Shown piece by piece: positions 26,757 through 38,899 of a DNA stretch of 64,000 nt. A model generated the notes under the pieces. It was not told where the DNA came from and searched no databases. It was given only the letters and a program-made list of their open reading frames with translations. Source of the stretch: Epiperipatus broadwayi (Eukaryota; Animalia; Onychophora); NCBI GenBank assembly GCA_028023455.1, contig JAQFVV010000007.1:9548001-9612000 (forward strand), written 5' to 3'. Both the position numbers and the translations under genes were made by a program. Each line of letters opens with the position of its first letter. Position 1 is the stretch's first letter.

Positions 26757-27190
26757 ATATATATAATACAATATAATGAGCATGCTAATAACTTTAAACA
26801 AGCTTATCTGATAAATGCCAGAAGAAAAAGCATTTAAAATCTCTATTTAGAATTATTCTCATCCCCAAACAGGTATCAAGCTGATGGCTGTCCTCAGTGA
26901 AGTTCTAGGATATTCAGATAGAAAATTTTAAATGCTTTCTCTTCCGGAATTTATTGGAAAAGCTTGTGTTGTGCTATTAGTATGCTCATTATATTACATT
27001 TGTAGTACAAACTTATTAAGTCAGGTCACATGATGTATGAATTGATTTTCTTATTAATTAATATATATATATATAACAAAAATGAGTATTTTGAGAAATG
27101 ATATTTGCATCACATAATAAAATAATGTGGATAAATAATAAGGAGGTACTAAGTTTGCCTGAAGATTTATGATGATGGTATATTAGATGA

Positions 27191-30100
27191 GATAATATGT
27201 TGGACTATTTCCATCATGTATCAATAAATGCTGAATATATAGAAAATTTTAATCTTCATTTAAACTTTTCAAATACAAACAACTTGTTAGTAATAACACA
27301 CAAAGAGACAACACAGGTTTGTAATTACTGGCATATTGCTGACTGTTTGTGTGTTATTACTGTAATGGTAAGAATTGTCCCTCCATGCAACAAAATCTAG
27401 AACACAGGCAAAATACACTAAAGCTGATCGAATCCGGATACTGGGATCCAGAATCCAACCAATATTCAATCCTTTCACCTCTGCTCAATGACCTAATATC
27501 CTATGGATGACATTTCTCAATGTACACAGACATTTAATTTAACCTCAGTCCGGAAGTCACTCAGGGTGGAACAAAAGACTCGTAAATTAACTAATTGAGC
27601 ACTGATTTGGTCAGATATACACACATAAGACTAAGTAGTTAATTAAAATATCAATGATTGGTTATGAAATTTAATAGAGTAATCTACCTATAGATATAAT
27701 GATGTATGTGCCATTAAATCTAGAGCTGGATAAAATGAACTCATGGACAATAAAAAATATGAAAACGAGTTATAATTTTAAATATTATTAATTTAATAAA
27801 ACAATAATAAATAATAAATCAAAACATACAAAATTATATGATGGGAACGTGAGATATTATGCTCGCAGGCATTATATAACTAAAGAGATTAATGTTACAT
27901 ATCTCATCATAAATGTTTAATAAGTGTAGTGCGGTATTGAAGTTTATGCCTATATTAATATGCCAAATTTCTAGCTCTTTTGTAATCTGCTAGATCACAC
28001 AGAACTTTATAGCCAAAGTTATATAACTAACTATAATAGTGCTCTTGTGGTGTCTATCTATACAAAACTAAGTCGAGCACATAATTAGTCTCAGAGATAT
28101 GCAGGTTAGCGTGTTAACCTAGATTAGGATATACTCTAATACTAGATAAGCATTTAATATAAAAGGAGAGAAAACTGGTTTATAATAGGTTTACCTATAT
28201 ACTCTATGGCACTTATTAAAATATTAATAAAGCTCAAAGGTGCAAATGGGTCATTATTCATGGGCTTCAGCATCGAATGCTCAGTTTACTCTAGAACCAC
28301 TCAACTTGCCACAAATAGGAACATTAGTAGTTCAGGGAGTCAGATAAGCATTATGAATAATCTAGGCCCTTGTGCCCTAGTTCTAAAAGTGTGCTTGTAC
28401 CAGAACTAAAGAGGATGAGAGTGGCCTCCACCAGCAACTCATCAAGAATCATGCAGCAAGCAGATAATTGTACATTGCATACTTTGTAAGGACACATCCG
28501 CAACTTATACATATATATAACGCAAATGCATAAAATTATATTAGTGTGCCTTAAAATTAGATAGCGTCTATTTGCATATCTATACAATCCAGTTCTCACA
28601 TTTAGTATTTTAAATATACTATTTAGGGACTAACTTAATTAGTAACCTAGTTTAATATTATCACCTGCATCTCTACATATATAAATCTAAGGAGGACAAA
28701 GCATATTTGCGGGGTAATTATGAATAAAACATTAAAATATGCTTTGAGAATATCTGTGGCTAGTTCCTATGATGTACAAGTTACATATATAAATAGCTAT
28801 CATTCATAACTAGAATTAAGCAAACTACAATTTCAACTAGATAACGACTGATTATTAATACCCAAAAATTAATCAGTAAAATAATATGCTCTCGAAACAG
28901 TGAGTGAGAAAGAAAATTAATGATTCAATTATTTAATATTTATTATAGCGAAGATTTGAAATTATCTTCGCAGATCAATAAGCTAAAATTATATTTATAA
29001 ATACTTGCGGATTCAAGTCATTTGGCATATTAAATACATATAATATTAAAATGATAAAATCATAGAATAAATTGAATAGATTTAGAAATAGGCATAAAAG
29101 ACCGCAGAAAATTATACATGTAGTTTAAAATAGATTAGAGTTTTACATTTTAACACAGGATTCAATATTATAAGTTTTACATTCAGACAAGATTTAGCAT
29201 TTAACCGTCTTCTTTGTAGGTTTTAGTAAAGGTGTTTGAGAAAGGCAGATTTAATAAATAGATAGCTTTTAAAAGAAATAATTGAAAGTCACAGTTTATA
29301 AACAGAGCTCTGAGAGAAAATTTACCATTCAGTTGTTTTCATTGCAGTTAATTCTGGAGCACTTGGGAGGATATTAAGTTGACACTTTTGACGATGATTT
29401 AAAGTTAATGGAGACTTTTCCATGGGCGGTTTTGCTTTGCTGGTTTATGGCATTACATTTTATCAGACCAAAGTCTTTCCATTTCCTGGCTAAGGGCTGA
29501 GAGGTGAGTTATTTCCATTCTACTCGACCATTTTGAAGATAAAACGGGTGAAGGTTCTGCTTACAACTCACTTATTATATATATGATCGATTCTTTTGTG
29601 ACAAAACTTTTAGTATTTATATTTTTCAAACTCTGTCCACCTGTTAATTTTTATGAGCTGTTACGTAGCTGAAAAGTCCATTTATTTATTTTAGCAAAAC
29701 ATATTTAATAGTTACAACTAGTAGAAAAACCCATTTATTTATTTTAGAAAAACATTTTTAATTATGACGACTAATTGAGATTTTGTTTTCCTGCATTATT
29801 TTGTTATTAACATTTTATATTTACCAAATCAAGTCCACGCTATTTTAGGACCAATGTGCGACCTACTTTAAAATCTGTTTATCAGTAACAAATAAAAGTT
29901 GTTTGATAATTAGTATAAACTAATTTTATAATCATATGTGCAGAATAACAGGAAATATACATATGCAATTTCAATAATACAGCAATAAAATTGGCTAAAT
30001 AATTTAACCAAAATATTTCCTAAACTATAAATATTTATAAAATAAATATACATATCTGTAATATATACCAATAACATAACAATAATTTAAACTAAAATAT

Positions 30101-30420
30101 TTCTTAAATTAGAAATATTTATAAAATGGATACATATCTGCAATCTATACCTATGCTATTAAATTAGAGACATACCGCTCACATATATATATATATATAT
30201 GTGATTCTGCATATATAGTAATTCGAGGTTGCTTAAATGGGTACTCTGAGAGGGTTTAAACCTGGCATATAGATAGATGTGTGGGTAAAATAAGTGAAAC
30301 GGGCAGATGGATGAAACTGACCATTTCATTACTAACAAGTTGTTTGTATTTGAAAAGTTTAAAATTTTCTCTACATTCAACATTTACTGATAGATGATGA
30401 AAATAGTCCAACATATTATC
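27191..30420. repeat. Pair of ~100-bp inverted arms (27191-27294 and 30328-30420) separated by a later LTR insertion
   Basis: gataatatgttggactattt...aaatacaaacaacttgttagtaat is the reverse complement of attactaacaagttgtttgtattt...aaatagtccaacatattatc. Confidence 0.7.
27361..30183 (-). mobile_element. Long (~2.8 kb) solo LTR related to the 5095 element
   Basis: TGTAATGGT at 27361 as at 5095; ccgctCACA|TATATATA at 30183 (a TG start on the minus strand); shared internal motifs. Confidence 0.55.
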
Positions 30421-31761
30421 ATAGGTACTGAATTAAATTAGAAAGATAATAATTGTTTTGGAGCTCTTTAATCAAAGGAAAAACAGGTGTGTTTAGTCTT
30501 TTGATCAGACATTTGCATTGGTCCAATGGTTGCATTAAGAAATGATGGAAAATCAGCTTGCAGAAAATCTAGAATGGGATATCTACATAAAATTAAAAGA
30601 AATTATCTTACAAATTTATAAAAGATTTGGTGACTCAGAGAAGAGTGAACAACTGAAGTGTGTTTCAAACAATGGACTGAAGGAGATAGAGCAGTTCATA
30701 AAATAAATAAATTAGTATCAAAAAAATTGTTCTGAAAGACTACTATCTGCTATCCAGGCAAAATTAGCAAGTATTAATTTGATTTAATTACTCCTATATT
30801 AAATATTTTATGCTACTATGAATATAACTATATTCTGTACTTTAAATTGTTATTAATAAATAAAGTTTATACAATATAGAAAAAAATGTTTATATATTGT
30901 GTTTATATAAATAAAAAAATATTTAGCTTAAAAGTAAGAAATATATATATAAATTCTCATCTTAGAATAATATAATTTGAATACCTTATAAGATATATTT
31001 TTAAATCCATTGGGGAGTATTTATTAATGATGTATCAATATTTTTGCTACCCTAAAAAATAGTCTCAAAATATTTATGTTATAAAAGTTTTGTTTTGGGC
31101 TTATTAGAGATATCTATTTTACTTAAATGTGTTTTATCTATATGCTCATGTAAATGAAAAAGTATGTGTATTTCAACATTTAATTAAATAAACACATATT
31201 TAGATTGGAATTTAAATGTAATGAAACAGTAGAAATAAAGGGTACTTGTATTTTTACCACTTTGATAAGGGGGGAAGTTGTTTTTTTGTTCAATTATACA
31301 CTTTGAGAGTCCACATATCCCCCCCCCCCCCCAATAAAGGAGAGGTGTTAGCTGTTAACTTAAAAATAATTTATAAATTTATTAAAAATTCCTTTCAAAA
31401 TATTTATTTAAAGATTTTTATTTTATTTACATTTTAACATGTAAATGCGACATGCTGGAATCATTTTTGTACATTGTCAGCTTTTTTTTGTCTCTATTAT
31501 TTTGAAAAAAATATCAAAATTTGAATCTTTCTCAAAAAAAAGAGCACATCTTGAAGTATTTTCAAAGATATCAGATCCTGCCTTCCTGAAAAGTCCATTT
31601 TGTTTCATCCATTTACTATATGTCCCTGAAAGTATATAATTGAACAAAAAACTGCTTCCATTCTTGCCAAACCAGTCAATACACAAGTATCGTACTAAGT
31701 TAATTTGCATGCATTGTTATCTTATTATTTTTAAAGTTTAAGTTTATTTTTAGTTGTCAAG

Positions 31762-31864
31762 TATTGTTAGCCAAGAGGTCATCGCATCTGCCTTGAAAGC
31801 AAGTAATTGGTTGCAGACGGTTGTGGGTTCCTCCCGGCCGATGCTATGACATATGAAAAAAAAG
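31762..31864 (+). mobile_element. tRNA(Ser-like)-derived SINE head or tRNA pseudogene with A-tail
   Basis: A-box-like TAGCCAAGAGG; anticodon-like arm ctgc-ctTGAaa-gcaa; long variable arm; degenerate B box gggttc..ctccc; then an A9 run. Confidence 0.4.
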
Positions 31865-34263
31865 TTTAAAATTTGTTTTAAAACAATAGTATTGTATGGA
31901 TAGGAGAAAGAAGGAAGAATGTTATTGAAGTTGTGTTATTTTAAAGCCATTAATCTTTATCTAGATATGAGATAACGGGTTTATCTTTTTGTAAAAAGAA
32001 AGCTTGCATACTTTTGAAGATTGCAGTAATTAATATTTAAAAGTTATTTATTTTAAATAAATTAAAAAGTGTTCTAAGGTATATGAAAACTTTAAGAATA
32101 ACATTTAGAATGAAAAACACCACCAAAAGTTATTTTTAAAGTTTGATCATATGGTTTGTTTATATTGTGGCCTGGCATAACTGATGTAATCAAAAGTTAT
32201 AAGTTTAGATCAATTTCTTGGAAATGTTCATTCTTTTGTTTAGTCATTTTCTCATTTAGTCTTTACCATATAATCATGTAATCCCTCAAATAAGTTTTGC
32301 TTATAGGTAACATCCAAACCATTATCTAAGAATCATAATGCTTCATCAAAGTCAATAACAATTTAATCCCATGTCAGGTAAATATTATTTCAACCAATTA
32401 ACAATTCATAAGTTAAACAAAAGATAAATGAGGTATTCAATTTTGCTTAGAAACGTTCAATTTAGAACTTGTTTTTCAGCTCTGAATAATTTCATTGTTA
32501 ACTGTTGACTATATTTACACTACTTGTGATGTCTGAATTGTTTTGCTTGCTAACATATTTTGCTTAGCTATTGAAGTGTTTTAACAATTTCCAAAAAACC
32601 CTGGTACTATACCAATTGTTGACCTTAATCACATGTTAATGTACCCTACATACAGGACAGTGAAAGAAAATCATTATCAGAGATCAACAATTAAGAATTT
32701 TTTTTTTTTTTGGCTTTCAAAGTTTAAAATGAAGTCAGCAACCAATATAGTGGTCATTCTTATAGATTTGAATTACAAAACCCTAACTTGCTGTATACAC
32801 CAAATTTTAGAAAGTATAGTTAACATTATAGATTTATTTAAAAATTATTGTGTCATAACAGTGAGAATATTCATAAAATTTAATAACTATTTGTGTGTGT
32901 AATTTATGTTTGTGTGAAAGTACAAAATATGGTATCCAATTACCTTTAAATTTAAATACATTTTGGTCATTATTATTATATTTTTGTAATTTTTAAGTAA
33001 CATTTATAATTTATACTAAAATAACATTTTCTTTTATGTCATTGGGTTTATTTTATTTACAGACATTTACTTAATAAGAAATAAAATGTAACTATTTAAT
33101 ATATGGTTTTTCAAAAATATTTTTTTTTACAGTACAGGCTTTTTCATTCCTGCACTTCTACATGTAATATATAGGGGGATTTGAACTCAGAATTTCACAC
33201 GACCCTCAACTATCCATGCTATCTCATACTGCTGATACACTTGATCATACACGTGCAATTAAATTTATACTACAAAGATCGATGCCCTATCAGAACTTTT
33301 CAAACATGCCTAATGACTTGTTGTATTAGTGGAAGTAAAGATAAACATGTCTGTGCAAGCTTAAACAAATGTAATGCTTACATAAGACAGTCCCATTTCT
33401 TTATATTGATTGACAACACATCTACACTATTTTATAAATGATATTTTTGAGTCACATACATATTTGTTTTCTCTTGTATTGTATTAATTTTCAGGATTTT
33501 GAAAGTAAATACTATTGATTTAGTTTTAATTCCTTGCAGTTTGTCATTTATTATATGTTAAGTCAACCAAATTGTAAAGAACTAGAAAACGTTTTCATTT
33601 TATTGTATAAGTCTAATATCTTTTGTTCTGATTTTATAATAAATTTTGTTTGATTTAATTGATTATTTCTGACTTTGTATTTGTTTAATTAAGTTTATAA
33701 AATGTATTTGGATGCATAGAAATAAATAACTAAATTAATTTGCCTTGTGCACACAGATTACAATCCTGGAATATTGCTCTATAGTGAATGATGAAAAGAG
33801 GAGGCGTGATATCATTGCTAGCCAAAGCAAACAGATGATTATTTCATTATAGTTTACACATTTCATATATACGTAATGGTTATATGCTTATATAAGATAT
33901 AGAATATGAATATGTTATCATGAAATGTTTATTTAAATTATAATAAATATCTCTCATGTATTTTTATATAATTGTAATAATCATTATTTTTGGCTAGACT
34001 GAAACTCAATTTGAATGCAATAATATATCCCCTTTGCCTCCATGCTGCATCAATGTCTCTGTTCATTCTATAGTCCTGTAATCAGGCATCATGATCATAT
34101 ATGTATTTACTAAGACAATAAAGCCAATTATTAAAGACTTTAATAGGTTTATAAATTTAGATGAAATTTGCTTAATATGAAGTTTGATTAAACTTCTTTG
34201 CATTATTAATATCTCACGCCTTGGTCTAGTTGTAATCTTTAGGGTCTATATAAATATAATGAG

Positions 34264-34910
34264 ACCATGGATAAAGGTGACACCACCTTTATTGTTAAAG
34301 GTGGTTGCCTTGATTACAGATTGAGATTGTTGATAGCTTCTGGGTTGATACTTGAACTCAGACTTTCAAACTTCCTACAGCTATCCATTCTATCTTATAC
34401 AACCAATACAAGTAACTATATATATATCAAAAAGTACCAATATATGCATTTTGTGCTGAGCCAGCACTCATCAGTTGGTTCTGATCACAATCTCCCACAC
34501 ATATGTACAATCAGAGTTCAGTTTATATTAAGATAGCAAATCTTCAAACTTTAGTGAACCAGCTTCAATCTTCTCTATCTTCCAACTCTTCAGTCATCCA
34601 TATCATTGAAAATTCAAGGATGAAATGCTCAAAGCCCTTGTTGATTTCAATATTATTGTCATATCCATGTTGATTCTAAGTCACTCTGATCCCTCACATA
34701 TAGGACCTTAATATATCCATTTAAATATACAGAAGAGCTCTGATTGTATATATGTGTGGAAGGTGGTAATCTGGACCAAATGATGAGTGCTGGTTCAGCA
34801 CAAAATACATATATTGGACATCATTTATCTTTTACACATTATGTGGTCATGTGTTATATAAGATGGAGTGGATGGCTATAGAAAGTTTGAAAGTCTGAAT
34901 TCAAGTCTCT
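34264..34910 (-). mobile_element. Penelope-like remnant (family B) with inverted pseudo-LTR pair carrying hammerheads
   Basis: 34345-34525 is inverted at 34735-34905. Minus strand: accaa-CTGATGA-gtgctg-gct-cagcac-AAAATGCATA-tattggt at 34436-34480. A DKGDTT motif (PLE RT N-terminal) lies at 34270. Confidence 0.7.
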
Positions 34911-34960
34911 TCTAATAACATTCAGTTTAGTATAGACAATATACATAGTATTTAATTATA

Positions 34961-35944
34961 CACCTGGGTCTCGTTTTACGTGATATAGGTTCCTCAGAAA
35001 ACACGCGCAAAAGAAATCGTGCAAAAATAGACGTAACTTACCTTGAAAAAGGGGGGATACAGACTGTGATTTTTCAAAAATCGCATAAAAGCAAAGCACC
35101 AACATAAAATTACTTTAAAATCCGCGCAAAAAAAAAAATAAGGAAATAAAATATGACTAATAAAAAATTTCAAATTTGAAAAAAATTGATACAAGACAAA
35201 CTTTTTTTAACTATAATATTCAATTTTATTCAAAACAATATATTTTTATGCATAGTTTACAGGCCAGTAATTGACATTTTTTTATACACGTTTTAATTAT
35301 TATCGCTACTTGCCGATAAACGGGTTTGTTTGCAAACTGGTAAAAAATCATATTCTTCACAAGAAGAAATACAACTAGGCACCAACTTCACTCTCATGTT
35401 GTGTTAATGATTTTCTGGTGACAACGTAATTAATCTTTGAGATGATGATTTTATTACTTGTTTATGAAGCTCGCGATATCCAGACATACAACCATTTAGC
35501 TCTCGTTGGAATTTAAGAACACGTTCGTGATTAGTGTCATTAATAAGAAAATAATTAAAAATAAACTTGCGGACACTAAATGATTAATAATTGATTATGT
35601 TCTTTTTTAAAAAGCAAAAACAGAATGTGATTTAAAATGCAAAATTAACACACACAATGTTTGAACAAATTTACATTATGATCTTGTAAAATTTAATGTG
35701 GGTATACATAAAATGTGGACATCATAATTTTAATTTCATTATTGCATAAAATCTTATTATTATAAAGCACTGAAAATATTGAAATTACTAAGATGAAAGT
35801 CGAATTTCAATAAGGTGCTATTACTTTCAATATGACGTAAGTGCGCAAAATTTATTATTTAAAATAATAGCGCATTATCGGAGTTCGACTTCCGAAGAAA
35901 CATGAATCGCATTAAATAAATCCGCGTAAAACGAAACCCAGGTG
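34961..35944. mobile_element. Non-autonomous Tc1/mariner-superfamily MITE (984 bp)
   Basis: TIRs CACCTGGGTCTCGTTTTACG / CGTAAAACGAAACCCAGGTG, flanked by TA on both sides. Confidence 0.9.
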
Positions 35945-36002
35945 TATATATATAAACAACATATTTTGTGGGTTCATCTAAGTAAGCTTTTAATTTAAAA
36001 AA

Positions 36003-36390
36003 CTCCAACATTTCAACTTGATAACACAAGCCCTCAACTGGGAAATAAAAACTACATAATTGTAGAGGCACTGTAACAGTACTAATAAAAATAGTTGTAG
36101 AGCCACTGGAAATTTCACAACTAAAAACAGGTGAATAAAATTGAAAAAACTGAAAAATTAATAATAAATAAAAATTCAGAGAAATTAAAAAATTTTTTTT
36201 TTCCAAATAAAAGGAAGTTTACATGTTTATCACATTTGTTGACACAATTTGGTCTTTTTAGTATCTCAGTAGCTTCTCCGATCTTACATTGGGGTAGGTT
36301 TTCACATCTGGATAGAATACTGGTCTTAGAAAAATCAATATTGTGATCTGAATCCATAGCATGGATCAAGAGTGCTGCTGCTGATGGTTA
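36003..36390 (-). mobile_element. Penelope-like 3' fragment: GIY-YIG C-terminus plus degenerate hammerhead
   Basis: SAAALLIHAMDSDHNIDFSKTSILSRCENLPQCKIGEATEILKRPNCVN; downstream cc-cagttgag-ggcttg-tgttat-caagtt-GAAAtgtt-gg. Confidence 0.75.
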
Positions 36391-36950
36391 AAATATTTTG
36401 TTCACTAAGAAAATAAATTTGATTTAAATATATGTTATTTTATTAAATATTCACAAATATTATCCTTAAATGAGTAAACCATTTTTTAAAATACATTTTA
36501 TTGATTTTCATGACCGAAATGGCATGAAAATAGTTCATGTAATATGTATAATGATTCCTAGAATGCTCCAGTAATTTGTACATTAATCACCCACCTTCCA
36601 GAACCGCCACAAAAACATTAATTCAAATATGTTGTTGGTTTTGTAATCAAGTGTTGGGCATCTTGATCTCATCCACCAAATATACCTATTTACGTAAATA
36701 TATCATTTATTCATAAGATCATATAAATCATAATAGTGTGATCAATTGTATGTCACTCTCTACCTCGGGGTAGATCATCTTGTCACACACATTCAAATAA
36801 ATATATAATCAATTTACCGTTTCATTAAATGTTTTATTATTCAAGCAACTTATGTAGTTCAAATTATCTTCTCTCCACTTCCATACATTCCAACGTATAT
36901 ATGCGTTTTTTTGTTAAATATGTCTCATTGTCTCTTTCACTCTTCTAGTG

Positions 36951-38072
36951 CAGTGGTCTTCAACCTTTTCACACCTGCGGCCCGGTAAAAATATGGATAA
37001 GATTTCACGGACCGGCAGAAGTTTAGATAAATTTTCTTAAAGATGTAACCTGCTTAGCCTTAGATAAGCATAATTGTTTTAACTGACCAAAACAGCACAC
37101 TAGTTATTGTGTATTGTAATGGTGTTACTTACCTTCACATGCTAAACACTCTCGAGTTGCGCAGTCATACTGCTACAGAAAACATACAATAACAATCATT
37201 CTCATTAATGTGCTTGCATTTTACGTTTATTATTTCATTGTTAAAACATGCAAGAATAAAATGTTATTCACCTGAATGTTGAAAAAGTCAAAAGTTTTGA
37301 TCTTATTTTATTGCGGGGGGGGGGTGAGAAATACTGAGACAAAAGATAGACACCAAAGTTATTTTTTGTTTATTTTTATTTTAAAAAAAAGGTAACAGAA
37401 ATTGGTTTTAAAAATAAAAATTTGAGTATTTTAGCGGTATACAAATAAAGCCAAAAAAAAATATTGCCTTATAGGCCAAAAAAAAAAGTGGGCATATTTT
37501 TAAACAAAAAAAAAGAAAACGAAACTTGAAAAAGTCAAAGGTTTTGATCTTACTTTATTTTGGGGTGGTGGGGGTGTATTGAGAAATACTTTGTAAAAGT
37601 TAAAAACAGAACTTACTTTTTGGTTTTTATTTTTAAAAAAAGATAATAAAAATTGATTTAAAGCCAAAAAAAAAAATCACCATAGAAAAAATTTAAGAGA
37701 TCAAAAAAAGTCACGTTACATTTTATTGTTTTAACAATGCTGATAAGCAGCCGTGATGTGCTATCAAAGGACAACTGGAGTTTGTATAATAAAAAAACTT
37801 TTTTCTACCCCCCCCACCCCATAAACATCTGTGATAAATAGAAAAACAAATTAATTTATGTATGATTAATTAGATTTTGTTTTTGTTCTGTTTCTTTTTT
37901 TTAAATCGGGAAAAAATGCGATGAAAAAATAAATAAAAATTGTTCATATTAATTAAAAGTTTAAAATCTTATTATTTTGTTATTACAAACTTTCTTGCTA
38001 GTCTAGTTGCGGACCAACAGAAAACTTCTGCAGCCCGGTGCCAGTCTGTGGCCCGGTGGTTGAAGACCACTG
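36951..38072. mobile_element. hAT (Charlie-like) non-autonomous element, 1122 bp
   Basis: 15-bp TIR CAGTGGTCTTCAACC / GGTTGAAGACCACTG; perfect 8-bp TSD TTCTAGTG (36943-36950 and 38073-38080). Confidence 0.95.
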
Positions 38073-38899
38073 TTCTAGTGGGCCAGATTTAAGAATTAAT
38101 TCTTGTGTGCCATCATTACGTTATTCATTGGATGTTCGATCTGGAACTTGTGGAATGAATTCGAATCTGTGTTGGTCCCTGATATAAATCTCAGGCTTGA
38201 CTGGGTTGGAAGTATGTTTCATTGAGTTCCAGCTCATGTTAGATGGATCCACATATTTTGACCGGTACAATATTGCATAGCTGAAAATATTGTAGACTGC
38301 CAAGTATTTGAGGTATAAGTATGTGTTAAGTCACTTTTATTGTTTCTTTTGAATATATTTTATCCAAATTTAATGGAGCAGCATATGAGCCACATGGTTC
38401 TAAGAGAATGAGAAATTATATACACATTATAGGAATGAAAGTGTTTGTTTGTTTTTTTAAAAGCAGTTGGTTGATGTTAACTGTGCACTTGTAAAAACAG
38501 TTAGGTACACAGATGTGCAGCATTTCTCCTATAATTATTGCATGAGACCCATCTGGGTTCAAGATTTACCTCAAATCCGTTAATGAGAAATGTTTGGTTA
38601 TGATATTAGATTAAACAGAAAACTTATCCATTACTGAAGAAAATCAAAGTTTTGATATCTGGTTAGAGTCTTAGAGCTGGTAATGTGTCTAAAAGAATAA
38701 ATTTTCTTTTTTGAAATCTCTAAATGAAATGCCAAAGAGAGATTTAATACTGTATTGGTCTAATACATTTGCATACTCAAAAACGTGAGCTGTAAAAAAA
38801 AAGGATCACCTGACATACAGAAATTAAGCAAGCAACTGTATTGGGAGGAGGGAATGACATTGAGGTTTGGGTTATCTAGAGTTGCAATTTAGATTTTGG

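Noticed and set aside
31477-31710. Exon-like minus-strand ORF with a tttcag acceptor
   Set aside because: No frame gives a recognisable protein and there is no convincing donor site.
33785-33845. ATGATGA as a C/D snoRNA C box
   Set aside because: No D box (CTGA) or terminal stem at a suitable distance.
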